Below, piece by piece: positions 17,468-26,672 of a stretch of 64,000 nucleotides of DNA. The stretch lies in the NCBI GenBank assembly GCA_027021705.1, contig JALUTT010000010.1:1-64000 (forward strand). Reading direction: 5' to 3'. The notes under the pieces were generated by a model. It was not told where the DNA came from, searched no databases, and was given only the letters and a program-made list of their open reading frames with translations. Position 1 is the stretch's first letter; each line of letters opens with the position of its first letter. The DNA is from Anaerolineae bacterium. Lineage in GTDB: Bacteria > Chloroflexota > Anaerolineae > S140-20. The position numbers and the translations under genes are program-made.

Positions 17468-18127
17468 ATGGAGAACCTGGAACCCATCCTGGAGCGGATT
17501 CGTCTTCGTTTTGAGGCGGAGAACCAGGTGCGCGAGGAGACCCTGCGCCGCTCCCGCGAACTGACCCGCCTCTGTGCTACCGCCATCCGGGCCAGCCATC
17601 GCAACAACTTCGACGAGGCCGAACGGCTGCTGGCCGAGGCCCGGGCGGTGGCGGCTCGGATTCGGGAGGACACGGCAGCGTATCCGGCCATCTTCTACGC
17701 CGGCTACACCCAGGACGCCCTCAAGGAAATGGCCGAGGCCCACATCACCGTTGCCCTGGCCCACCACAGTCCACTGCCGGAGCCCGAGGCTCTGGGCGTC
17801 GAGTACCCGGCCTACCTCAACGGCCTGGCCGAGGCCGCCAGCGAGATGCGCCGCCGTGCCCTCGACATCATCCGGCGCGGCCATTCTCAAGAGGCCGAGC
17901 GGCTCCTGGAGGCGATGGACACCATCTACGGCCTGTTGGTCACCTTCGACTTCCCCGACGCCATCACGGGAGGGCTGCGCCGTCGGATGGACCAGTTGCG
18001 GGGCGTGCTGGAGCGCACCCGAGGGGACCTGACCCTGAGCATCCGGCAGGAGCAGCTCCAGCGGGCGCTCCAAGCTTCTGAGGAGCGGACGACCGGTGAA
18101 CCACCGAAAGCGTCGGAAGAGCGCTGA
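17468..18127 (+). CDS. Translin/TRAX-family protein
   Basis: REETLRRSRELTRLC..AIRASHR; acidic residues in KEMAEA and YLNGLAEAASEMRR; LRRRMDQLRGVLE. Confidence 0.85.
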   Translation: MENLEPILERIRLRFEAENQVREETLRRSRELTRLCATAIRASHRNNFDEAERLLAEARAVAARIREDTAAYPAIFYAGYTQDALKEMAEAHITVALAHHSPLPEPEALGVEYPAYLNGLAEAASEMRRRALDIIRRGHSQEAERLLEAMDTIYGLLVTFDFPDAITGGLRRRMDQLRGVLERTRGDLTLSIRQEQLQRALQASEERTTGEPPKASEER

Positions 18128-18365
18128 ACTGCCCGTTGTCCGGGCCAGCGAGATCGGGGCCTACGCCTACTGCGCCCGGGCCTGGTGGCTGGGCCACGTC
18201 CAGGGCGTGCCGCCATCGGAGACGGCACGCCTGGAAGCCGGCACCCGGTTCCACCGGCAGCACGGGCGGGGAGCGGCTCAGGGCGTGTGGGCCTGGCGGC
18301 TGGCCCTCTTCTTCTTCGCCCTCGCCCTCCTGGCCGCCCTGCTGGCGCTCCTCACCCTCGGCTGA
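18096..18365 (+). CDS. Cas4-like N-terminal fragment with C-terminal TM helix
   Basis: RASEIGAYAYCARAWW (first Fe-S Cys) and GTRFH, then hydrophobic LALFFFALALLAALLALL. Confidence 0.8.
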   Translation: MNHRKRRKSAELPVVRASEIGAYAYCARAWWLGHVQGVPPSETARLEAGTRFHRQHGRGAAQGVWAWRLALFFFALALLAALLALLTLG

Positions 18366-18382
18366 GACCGGAAGGAGGTGCC

Positions 18383-18904
18383 GTGCTCTTCCTGGGACTG
18401 GCTCTCGCCTTTCTGGTAGTGGGGCTGATCGGGCTCTGGTGGAGCCGGCGGCGGTGGGCGGCAGCCGGCCTGCCCCACGGCCAGATCGTCTACGCCGACG
18501 TGGGAGACGCCTTCCCCGTCCAGGAGGCCCTCTATGATCCCCAGTTGCGCCTGGTGGGCCGGCCCGACTACCTGGTGCGCCAGGGCCGGACCCTCATCCC
18601 CGTCGAGGTCAAGTCGGGGCGGGCGCCGGCCCGAGGGCCGTACCGCTCCCATCTCCTGCAACTGGCCGCCTACTGCCATCTGGTCGAGGCGCAGACGGGC
18701 CACCGCCCGCCCTACGGCCTCATCCGGTACGCGGACCGGACGGTGGCGGTGAACTACACCCCGGCGCTGCGGGAACACCTCGTGCAGACCCTGGCTCGGC
18801 TGCGGGCCGACCGTCAGGCCACTGAAGTGCATCGGGACCACCATCAGCCGGCTCGGTGCCGCGCCTGCGGCTACCGTGACCGCTGCGATGAAGCCCTAGC
18901 CTGA
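18383..18904 (+). CDS. Cas4-like PD-(D/E)XK nuclease, C-terminal part, with N-terminal TM helix
   Basis: AAGGAGGTG RBS; GRPD, PVEVKS, QLAAY, CRACGYRDRC. Confidence 0.88.
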   Translation: MLFLGLALAFLVVGLIGLWWSRRRWAAAGLPHGQIVYADVGDAFPVQEALYDPQLRLVGRPDYLVRQGRTLIPVEVKSGRAPARGPYRSHLLQLAAYCHLVEAQTGHRPPYGLIRYADRTVAVNYTPALREHLVQTLARLRADRQATEVHRDHHQPARCRACGYRDRCDEALA

Positions 18905-18966
18905 CCCAGCACGCAACACGCGACACGTGACCCATAACCCGCCACACCGTCCTCCAGGAGGCCCCG

Positions 18967-21900
18967 GTGAGATGTCCTCAGTGCCACCGTGAGGGGCTGC
19001 GCCCTCCTGACCCCTGCCCCCACTGCCACTTCAGCGGCGATCCCGCCCTGCTGGAGGAGTTGGCCCACGTCGCCTACCTGCTGGCCGAGATGGAGGGCTG
19101 GAACCTGCCGCCCAGCCTCCTGGCCCGCCTCCAGAACCGCTACCGGCGCCGTCAGACCGCCTTGGAGATCGCCCTCGGCCTTCGTCCCCTGCCCCTCTCC
19201 TCGGCTGATGCCCGCCAGCTCTGGTGGGAGGTCATCTGTCTGGAGGCGCTTCAGGAGCGGCTGGCCCACTGGGAGGAAGCGGGCTGGGTACGTCCCGGGG
19301 CCGCTCAGGAGCTGGCCGAGGAGTTGCAGCAGCGCCTCCAGACGCTGCAGGCCCGCCTGGCCGACGGCCCCCCTGCCCCGCCCTTCAGCACCCTCACCGA
19401 CCGCCTGGCCCTGCTCCGCTTTCTGCACCAGTCCCTGGACGACTTGCAGGACCGGGATGGCCTGGTGGACGAGGAAGCTTACGCTGCCGCTGCCGCCGAC
19501 CTGGAGGCGGAGATCGAGGCCATCGAGGTCACATTGGGGTTGCGCCCTGCCCCCAAACCTGTCCCCGAGCCCGCCCCATCGCCTCCGGCGGAGGCCGAGG
19601 TCGGCCTGGAGCCGCCCCCTCCTCTCTCCCAACGCCTCCGCGCCTGGTTCGACCGGGAGCGCCTCTGGCAGACCCTCCTCTCCGAGCGGACGCTGCGGGC
19701 GATGCTCTTCCTGGGCGTCTTCCTCCTCTTCGCTGCCGCCGTCACGCTGGTCGTCTTCAACTGGGGCCGCTTCCCGCCGGCGGTGCAGGTCTTCTTCCTG
19801 GCTGCCTTCACCTTCCTCTTCTACGCCCTGGGCTGGTACGTGCGGGTCTCGATGAGGCTGCGCAACTCCGGCATCGCCCTCACCGCCACCGGATCCCTCC
19901 TGGTCCCGTTGGACTTCTACGCCTTCTACCTGGGCGGCGGCTTCACGCCCTATGCCACGCCGGAGCAGGTCTGGTTCCTCACCTCGGTCGTCTGTCTACT
20001 GGCCTACCTGGTCACCGTCTGGGCCATCGAAGCCGAGTTCTTCGGCTACCTGGTGGCCGGGGCCGCCGGAAGCCTCCTCGCCGCGACGATGCGGATCGCC
20101 GGCCTTCCCACCGACGGACAGATCGCGGCCCTCAGCGCCTTGGCCCTGCTGATCGCGTTGCTGGCCGAGAGGGTGCGGGAGACGAAAAGCCGCTGGCGCG
20201 TTCTCCATCGCCCCTTCTGGCACGCCGCTCTCCTGGGCGTTACCGTGATCCTGTCCCTAGCCTTCGGGCGCTACCTGGCCGGGCTGCTCGGGGAGCGCTC
20301 CTTCCGCGCTGCCCTCGCCGCATCCTGGTGGTTCGGCAGCACCGTCTACGCCTTGGGAGCCCTGCGCTTCCGTTTTCGCCCCCTCTGGAGCCTTGGAATG
20401 GTGGGGCTGTCGGTGGCCCTCTACCTCACCCAAACGCTCCCCCTCGAGCGGGCCGGCCTGGCCTTCGCCTGGCACGCGCCCGGCCTGGCCGGGCTGACGG
20501 CCTTCTACGCCGTCCTCGGCCGCCGGCTCTACACCCACGACCGAGCCGACCCGCTGCGTCGCGCCTGTGGGCGTGTCACCCTGACCTGGAGTACCCTGCT
20601 GACCGGCATCGCGACCCTCTGGTCCTTCGCCAACCCGGTCACCGCCCAGGACGTTGCCACCGTCACCGGTGCCATCCTGACGCTCTCGACGGCGCTGACG
20701 GCCTGGCTGTGGCAGCAGCCCCGCCGGCTCTTCGCCGCCAGCTTCTTCTCCCTCCTCGCCATCACCACGGCAATGGCCTCCCGGGGCCTGACCCTGGCCC
20801 AGCTCTGCCTGGGCTGGACCTTGCTGGCCGTGCTCCACCTGATCCTGGCCGTCCGCCTGCGAGGGCATCCCCCCTTCGCCGCCTCCCTCTACGCCGCCGG
20901 GTTCGGGCTGGCGGCGCTGGCCCTGCTGCCTCCCCTGGTGGGCGGGGAGCAGGGATTGCTCGTCTACGCCCTGGGCAACTGGATCGTCCTGGCCGCCTGG
21001 GCCGCCTGGCTGGACCGCACCGGGCAGCACCCCGGCCTGGGGATCGCCCTCCGCCCCTTGGGCCGCCTGGCCCCCACCGCCCTCTCCTGGGCCGCCGCCC
21101 TTCCCCTCCCCCTCTGGCTCTGGCTGACCTGGACCCACACCTGGTCCCTGGGCCGCTTCGACCGGGCCTGGCTGGGCGTCGCCTTGGCCCTGCTCGCCGG
21201 GGCCCTCGTCCACCTTCCGCCCCGGTCCTCCCTCGCCCTCCCTTGGCGGGCTACCGGCTACCTCACCACAGCCGTGGCCGTTGCCGCCGGCCTGGCCTAC
21301 TTCGTCGGTGACCGACGCCCGCTGGCGCTCCTCTTCCTGCTCATCGCCGTCCTCTACTTCGCCTCCGCCGGGCGCTTCCGGCAGCGGCGGTGGCTCGTGC
21401 CGGCCGGGGTGACGCTGCCGGTGGCCTGGTGGCTCATCCTGGCCCACCACCGCCTGCCGACCGCTCCTACCGGCTCCCTGATGGCGCTGGTGCCGGCCCT
21501 CTACCTGCTGGGGGGGCTGCTGCTGGTCCACCGCCGGCGCGTCGAGGGGAACTTCCTGAAGCCGCTCAACTTCATCGCCCACGGGCTGACGGTGGTGGCC
21601 CTGTTGTGGGGGCTCGCGCCCCTGGGGACCCGGCTGGTGCGGAGCGTCGGGTGGGCCGATCCCGACCGCCTCTGGGCCGCCGGGGGGCAGGTGCTCCTGG
21701 GCATCGTCTATGGGCTGGTGGCCTGGGGCTACCGTCGGGAGCGATGGGCTCACCTGGCAACTTGGCTGGGCGTCAGCGCCGGGGGCATCGTCGCCACCGT
21801 CTACAGCCACGGGCGGGGCTCTTCGGCGGCCAAGGCGGCGCTGCTCGCCGTCGCCTACGTCTTGGCGGAACGGACGCTGTTGGCCCTGCGTCCGCGCTGG

Positions 21901-24699
21901 CCCCTCGCCCCCCGGGTCTGGCGGCTCTACCGTCGTCCGCTGCTCGTCGCCGGCTGGGCCGTCTCCGGCGGCACCGTCGTGCTGGCCCTCCTCCGCAACC
22001 TGGTGCTGTTGGGGGGTGGTCGGGTGCGGGAGACCTGGGCCGTCATCGGACTGCTCATCATCGTCGGCCTCTACGCCCTCTCCGCCCGCCTCTTCCGACG
22101 CCCCCTCTTCGTCTGGCTGGCGGCGGTGCTCGTCGTCATCCCCTGGACTCTCCTCACCCACCTGGGCTGGTTCTTCCTCCCCCATCCCCTTCGCCTGCCC
22201 CAGTACGCCCTCGCCTGGCTGGTCCTGGCCTGGCTCCAGGTGGGGCTTGGCCTGGGGCTCGAGGCCCGAGGCGCCCGTCCCTATGGCCTTCCCCTTCGCG
22301 TCGTCGCCCACCTGCTGGCCCCCTTCGGCCTGCTCTGGTCCCTGGCCGACCCCCCCACCGCCAGCATCGGTTGGGGGCTGGGCGTCGCCTTCTACGCCGT
22401 CTCGACGCTGGTGGACCACCGGCGGATGCCAGGGCAGGCGAGGGCGGCCCGCTTCCTCTACCCGACCGCGCTCCTGACGCCGGCCTGGACCGTCTACCTG
22501 ATGATCCGCTTCGCGCCGACGGCCCAGCATCACCACTTCGGGCTCCTGCTGCTGGCCTTCGGACCGCTGGGCCTGCTGATCGGACGCCTGTTGCGGCGCA
22601 TTCATCCTGCCGATGCGCTTCCCACCTACCTGGCCGCTTACGGCGCCGTCCTGGTCGGCACGCTCCTCGTCGCCCACCTGCGGCCCTGGCTCATCGGCGT
22701 CCTGCTCTTCGACGCCGTCCTCGCCGCCATCTCCGCCTGGCTCCACGCCGAGCCCCTCTGGGGCTACCCGGCTACCGCCTTCCCCATCGTCTCCCTGATG
22801 CTGGCCCTGACCGAGTTCCGGGTGGACCCGAACCGCCACGGCTGGCCGCTCATCGCCCTGGGCGCGGCCTACCTGCTGATCGCCCACGGATTGCGGCGGG
22901 CTCGCCGGGAGCGCTATGCCATCCCCCTGATGGCGGTGGCCTACATCGCGGTGGCCCTGGGGCTGCCCCCCTCCAGCCGCGATCAGGTAGGGGCTTTCTG
23001 GGGCTACGGTGGTGCGGCGGTGGTCTACGCCCTCTCGGCGGTCTGGTTGCGTCAGCCGCTCCTCCTGACGCCGGCCCTCCTGCTGGCAGCCGTGCCCTAC
23101 GGCGTGGCCCTCGTCCGCTCGTCGGTGGCTCCGGCCGACTACGGGCTCGGACTCTGGCCGGGGATCGCCCTCGTGCTGGTCGTGGCCCACCTGCTCGACC
23201 GTCGCCTGGGGGCACCCCGCGACTTCCCCTGGGGAGTCCCTACCCGCTGGCCGAGGGCCCTGGGGGAGCGCTGGTTCACCTGGGCGGGGCTGCCCTTCTA
23301 CGCGGTCGGCTACCTGGCCGCCGTTGTCGCCGTCGTCCTCTCGCTGGTCTTGGGAGACACCCTCCGAGTGGCCGCCACCCTGGGCCTGGCCGCGCTGGCC
23401 TACGCCCAGGCCACCTGGCGTTTCCGTCTGCGAGGGTGGCTCCTGGCCGCCGCCACGGCCGCCCAATTGGCCTGTCTGGCCCTGATCCATCGGCAGGTCG
23501 GTCTGGTCTGGCCTGCCCGCGCCGCCCTCGCCTTCCTGCCGGTGACGGCGGCCACCGCGCTGGTGGCCCTCCTGATCCAACGGTGGCTTGGAGAAGGCTC
23601 CCCTTGGAGGGGGTGGCGTGCTCTGGTCGCCGGGTGGTCCCGTCCCCTCTACCTCCTCCTGATGGCGGACCTGGCCCTCGGACAGGGGGCTGCTTTCGCC
23701 GAGGCGGGGCCGGGTGGGCTGGTCTCCCTGGGCCACGCCCTGATCGTCGCGCTGCTGGCTTCTGCCTGGATGCTGGGGCCGGCCACCTACGCGGCGATGG
23801 CGTTGGGCGTGCTGGCCCTCTTCCAGCGGTTGACCGCCTCCCACGCCCCGCTGGAGCGCTGGTTGGAGGCGTTGGCTCTCCTGGCCCTGGGGTACGGGGT
23901 GGTCGGCTACGGATTGCGCTACCTCTCCCGCCGGAGGGCGGCCCTGCCCCCCCGGCTGCGCCTTTGGGCGGAGCCGTTGGCCTACGGCGGGTTTAGCCTC
24001 ACGACGGCGACGCTGCTCTGGGCGGGGCTCTGGGGCGGAACCAGGGTGCTCTGGCTGACCTTCCTGGTCCTCATCGAGCAGCCCCTGCTGACGGCGGCCC
24101 AGGTGCCTGTGGTGCAGATGGTGATCACGGTGTCAGCCCTGGCCGGCCTGACCTACCTGGCGGTGGCGTTGGTCGAGAGGTGGCGTTGGCTGGGCTACGG
24201 CGCGGTGGCGCTTCTGTTGGTGGCCTACAACCTGGAACTGCTGCTCTTCCTCGGTCAGCGGGAGGTGCAGGGGTACGCGGTGCCGGCCGGCCTCTACCTA
24301 CTGGGCATTGGCTATCTGGAGTGGCGGGAGGGGCATCGCCCCCTGGCCCGTTGGGTGGACCGCACGGCGTTGCTGCTGCTCTTCGGTTCGGCCTTCTGGC
24401 AGTCCCTGGTGATGGAAGGGGGGTGGCGCTATGCCCTGCTGATGGGGGGTGAGGGGCTGGGGGTGGCCTGGTGGGGCAGTGCCCGGCGGCTGCGCCGTTT
24501 CCTCTACGGCGGCGTGAGCGCCGTGGTGCTCGCCGTGGTCGGACAGCTTGTGGAGCCCCTCTTCTCCGTCAACCGTTGGATCGTCCTCGGGGCCGTTGGG
24601 TTGCTGTTGGTGGGCGTCGCCACGCTGGTCGAGCGGCGGCTGGAGGCGGTGCTGCAACTCTCGCAGGAGCTGCGGGAGCGGCTGGAGCGGTGGGAGTAG
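18967..24699 (+). CDS. Giant polytopic membrane protein (1910 aa), DUF2157-like N-terminus with zinc ribbon
   Basis: CPQC..CPHC; three helical repeats; dozens of hydrophobic segments; AGGAGG RBS. Confidence 0.85.
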   Translation: MRCPQCHREGLRPPDPCPHCHFSGDPALLEELAHVAYLLAEMEGWNLPPSLLARLQNRYRRRQTALEIALGLRPLPLSSADARQLWWEVICLEALQERLAHWEEAGWVRPGAAQELAEELQQRLQTLQARLADGPPAPPFSTLTDRLALLRFLHQSLDDLQDRDGLVDEEAYAAAAADLEAEIEAIEVTLGLRPAPKPVPEPAPSPPAEAEVGLEPPPPLSQRLRAWFDRERLWQTLLSERTLRAMLFLGVFLLFAAAVTLVVFNWGRFPPAVQVFFLAAFTFLFYALGWYVRVSMRLRNSGIALTATGSLLVPLDFYAFYLGGGFTPYATPEQVWFLTSVVCLLAYLVTVWAIEAEFFGYLVAGAAGSLLAATMRIAGLPTDGQIAALSALALLIALLAERVRETKSRWRVLHRPFWHAALLGVTVILSLAFGRYLAGLLGERSFRAALAASWWFGSTVYALGALRFRFRPLWSLGMVGLSVALYLTQTLPLERAGLAFAWHAPGLAGLTAFYAVLGRRLYTHDRADPLRRACGRVTLTWSTLLTGIATLWSFANPVTAQDVATVTGAILTLSTALTAWLWQQPRRLFAASFFSLLAITTAMASRGLTLAQLCLGWTLLAVLHLILAVRLRGHPPFAASLYAAGFGLAALALLPPLVGGEQGLLVYALGNWIVLAAWAAWLDRTGQHPGLGIALRPLGRLAPTALSWAAALPLPLWLWLTWTHTWSLGRFDRAWLGVALALLAGALVHLPPRSSLALPWRATGYLTTAVAVAAGLAYFVGDRRPLALLFLLIAVLYFASAGRFRQRRWLVPAGVTLPVAWWLILAHHRLPTAPTGSLMALVPALYLLGGLLLVHRRRVEGNFLKPLNFIAHGLTVVALLWGLAPLGTRLVRSVGWADPDRLWAAGGQVLLGIVYGLVAWGYRRERWAHLATWLGVSAGGIVATVYSHGRGSSAAKAALLAVAYVLAERTLLALRPRWPLAPRVWRLYRRPLLVAGWAVSGGTVVLALLRNLVLLGGGRVRETWAVIGLLIIVGLYALSARLFRRPLFVWLAAVLVVIPWTLLTHLGWFFLPHPLRLPQYALAWLVLAWLQVGLGLGLEARGARPYGLPLRVVAHLLAPFGLLWSLADPPTASIGWGLGVAFYAVSTLVDHRRMPGQARAARFLYPTALLTPAWTVYLMIRFAPTAQHHHFGLLLLAFGPLGLLIGRLLRRIHPADALPTYLAAYGAVLVGTLLVAHLRPWLIGVLLFDAVLAAISAWLHAEPLWGYPATAFPIVSLMLALTEFRVDPNRHGWPLIALGAAYLLIAHGLRRARRERYAIPLMAVAYIAVALGLPPSSRDQVGAFWGYGGAAVVYALSAVWLRQPLLLTPALLLAAVPYGVALVRSSVAPADYGLGLWPGIALVLVVAHLLDRRLGAPRDFPWGVPTRWPRALGERWFTWAGLPFYAVGYLAAVVAVVLSLVLGDTLRVAATLGLAALAYAQATWRFRLRGWLLAAATAAQLACLALIHRQVGLVWPARAALAFLPVTAATALVALLIQRWLGEGSPWRGWRALVAGWSRPLYLLLMADLALGQGAAFAEAGPGGLVSLGHALIVALLASAWMLGPATYAAMALGVLALFQRLTASHAPLERWLEALALLALGYGVVGYGLRYLSRRRAALPPRLRLWAEPLAYGGFSLTTATLLWAGLWGGTRVLWLTFLVLIEQPLLTAAQVPVVQMVITVSALAGLTYLAVALVERWRWLGYGAVALLLVAYNLELLLFLGQREVQGYAVPAGLYLLGIGYLEWREGHRPLARWVDRTALLLLFGSAFWQSLVMEGGWRYALLMGGEGLGVAWWGSARRLRRFLYGGVSAVVLAVVGQLVEPLFSVNRWIVLGAVGLLLVGVATLVERRLEAVLQLSQELRERLERWE

Positions 24700-24707
24700 G
24701 GGGCGGG

Positions 24708-24851
24708 TTGCGAATTGCAAGTTGCAGATTGCAAGTGGTTTGTCAACTGAGATTTTGGTGGGCGCGAAACAGCCTTATAGGGAGGTGCTCACACCCACAA
24801 ATTCGGGGTTGACGGTCCACAAGTTGCAAATTGCAAATTGCAAGTTGCAAA
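24708..24851 (+). repeat. TTGCA(A/G)N heptamer arrays with an embedded palindrome
   Basis: Arrays at 24708-24736 and 24821-24851; GTCAAC...GTTGAC imperfect hairpin at 24742-24813. Confidence 0.85.
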
Positions 24852-24880
24852 GGCAAGGTGTTGGTTGAGGAGAAAGGCGG

Positions 24881-25291
24881 ATGGATTACAAAGGGTGGGA
24901 GCAGCAGGTGCCAGCGGAGGTCAAGGAAGATGCCTTGTGGCAGATGAAAGCTTACCGGCTGGCACTCTTCCTCTACGACTTGGCTTGGCGGGATTGCGAG
25001 AAGCTGATGCAGGACCTGAGGGGCGGGGAGGTGGCGAAGCAACTCATCCGCAGTGCAGGGTCCATAGCGGCCAACATCGAAGAGGGCTTCGGTCGGGGCT
25101 TTGGCAGGGAGTACGCCTATTTCTTGCGCGTCTCCGTCGGTTCAGCCCGTGAGACCCGGGGCTGGTACTACCGGAGCCGCCGCCTGCTGCCTTCCGCCGT
25201 CGTGGAACACCGCATCGCCTTGCTGAGCCAGATTACGGCCCTCCTCATCACTGCCGTGAATCAGCAGAAGCAGCGTTCCCGCCATCGCTAA
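24881..25291 (+). CDS. Four-helix-bundle protein (23S rRNA IVS-protein family)
   Basis: QLIRSAGSIAANIEEGFGR..FLRVSVGSARET. Confidence 0.92.
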   Translation: MDYKGWEQQVPAEVKEDALWQMKAYRLALFLYDLAWRDCEKLMQDLRGGEVAKQLIRSAGSIAANIEEGFGRGFGREYAYFLRVSVGSARETRGWYYRSRRLLPSAVVEHRIALLSQITALLITAVNQQKQRSRHR

Positions 25292-25301
25292 CTCAGAAGC
25301 A

Positions 25302-25378
25302 GCAAATTGCGAATTGCAAATTGCAATCTGCGAGTTGCAATCTGCAATTTGCAATTTGCAATCTGCAATCTGCAATCT
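25302..25378 (-). repeat. Heptamer array, mostly inverted relative to the upstream arrays
   Basis: TGCAATC/TGCAATT units. Confidence 0.85.
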
Positions 25379-25393
25379 GTATGGGAGTAACCT

Positions 25394-26671
25394 ATGCACA
25401 TCCGCTGGAAGTGGCTCGTCGTGTGGGGGGGGCTGCCCCTCTTCCTGCTGGGGCTGTTGGCCCTGATGGGGGGATGCCTCTTTCTGTCGTTGGCGGTCGT
25501 GCTGGGGGAAGAGGGGTGGGGAGCAGGCACCGGCCTGGTCTGGTTCCTCTTCCTGGTCGTGGCCCTCGGTGGTGGCGGCATCACCCTGGTCCACGGGCTG
25601 CGCTCGCTGAGCGGCATTCCCTCCCGGCCCCTGCGCCTGCCCCCCATCTGGGGGCTGGGGGGAAGCTTCTTCCTGGCCTTGGTGGTCGGGATCGGGGTGC
25701 GGTCGGTTGACCTCTGCCTCCCCGTCGGGTTCCCGCCCCTCTTCGTGGCGGCGACCTTCCTGCCACCCCTCGTCGCCGTGGCCTGGATGGTGGATCACCG
25801 TCCCGGCCGGCTCACTGGGCGGCGAGCGGCGGTGGCCTTCGTCGCGGGAGCGACCGTCTCGGTGGTGCTGGCCCTCCTGCTGGAGGTCCTGCTGCCGAGC
25901 CTGGTCCTGGCCTTGGTCTGGGGGCTGGCTGACCTGGTCCTGCCTGCCATAGACGGCCTGCTCCAAGCCCTGGCCGGCGGGGATGTGGCTGCTGCGCTCA
26001 CCTCCCCCGGCTTCCTCTTCGCGATGGTGCAACTGGCGGTCATCGCCCCCCTGGTGGAGGAGTTCGTCAAGCCCCTGGTGACGTTGCCCCTGCTGGGGCG
26101 GCTGGAGCGGCCGCGCGACGCGCTGCTCCTCGGGGCCGTGGCCGGGGCGGGGTTCGCCGCCCTGGAGAACGCCGTCTACGCAGGATTTGGCCTCTCCGTC
26201 TGGGCCGGCATCCTGCTGGTGCGGGCCATAGGCGCGGCCATTCACCCCTTGGGTGCGGGGTTGACGGCGATGGGGTGGCACGGGCTGCTGCGACGGCGGC
26301 CTGGTGCCGGTCGCCGCTGGCTGGAGCGGTATGGCCTGGCCGTGGGGATCCACGCCCTTTGGAACGGCGGTTCGCTCCTGGTGCTGACGCTGAGCGGAGC
26401 CAACTTCTTTGGGAGCCCACCGCCTGAGGTGGACGTGCTGGGGGTGACGGCGGGGGGCGTGCTGCTGGCGCTCTTGGCCGTCGAGGGGGCGGCCGTCTGG
26501 ATTGGAGCACGGGCTTTGTCCCGGCGGCTTCTCCCGGAGGAGGCGGCCCCTTCGGAGTTGGCGGGGCGGGCCGTCGAGCGGGCCATTGCCCTCTGGGCCT
26601 TCGTCTGCCTGCTGGTGTTGGTCCCGGTGGGGCTGGCGGCGTTGCGCTCGGCCTGGTGGGGAGGTGGATAG
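25394..26671 (+). CDS. PrsW-family intramembrane metalloprotease
   Basis: APLVEEFVK, GFAALEN, AIHP, IHALWN. Confidence 0.9.
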   Translation: MHIRWKWLVVWGGLPLFLLGLLALMGGCLFLSLAVVLGEEGWGAGTGLVWFLFLVVALGGGGITLVHGLRSLSGIPSRPLRLPPIWGLGGSFFLALVVGIGVRSVDLCLPVGFPPLFVAATFLPPLVAVAWMVDHRPGRLTGRRAAVAFVAGATVSVVLALLLEVLLPSLVLALVWGLADLVLPAIDGLLQALAGGDVAAALTSPGFLFAMVQLAVIAPLVEEFVKPLVTLPLLGRLERPRDALLLGAVAGAGFAALENAVYAGFGLSVWAGILLVRAIGAAIHPLGAGLTAMGWHGLLRRRPGAGRRWLERYGLAVGIHALWNGGSLLVLTLSGANFFGSPPPEVDVLGVTAGGVLLALLAVEGAAVWIGARALSRRLLPEEAAPSELAGRAVERAIALWAFVCLLVLVPVGLAALRSAWWGGG

Positions 26672-26672
26672 G

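Noticed and set aside
18096..18904. CRISPR-Cas locus or frameshifted cas4 pseudogene
   Set aside because: No cas1, cas2 or array in the window; both halves have TM helices and start signals, and catalytic residues are intact
20257..23844. 1195-aa minus-strand ORF and other long overlapping frames
   Set aside because: Shadows of the 1910-aa membrane gene; low-complexity translations
24881..25291. Diversity-generating retroelement (Avd)
   Set aside because: No reverse transcriptase and no TR/VR pair seen
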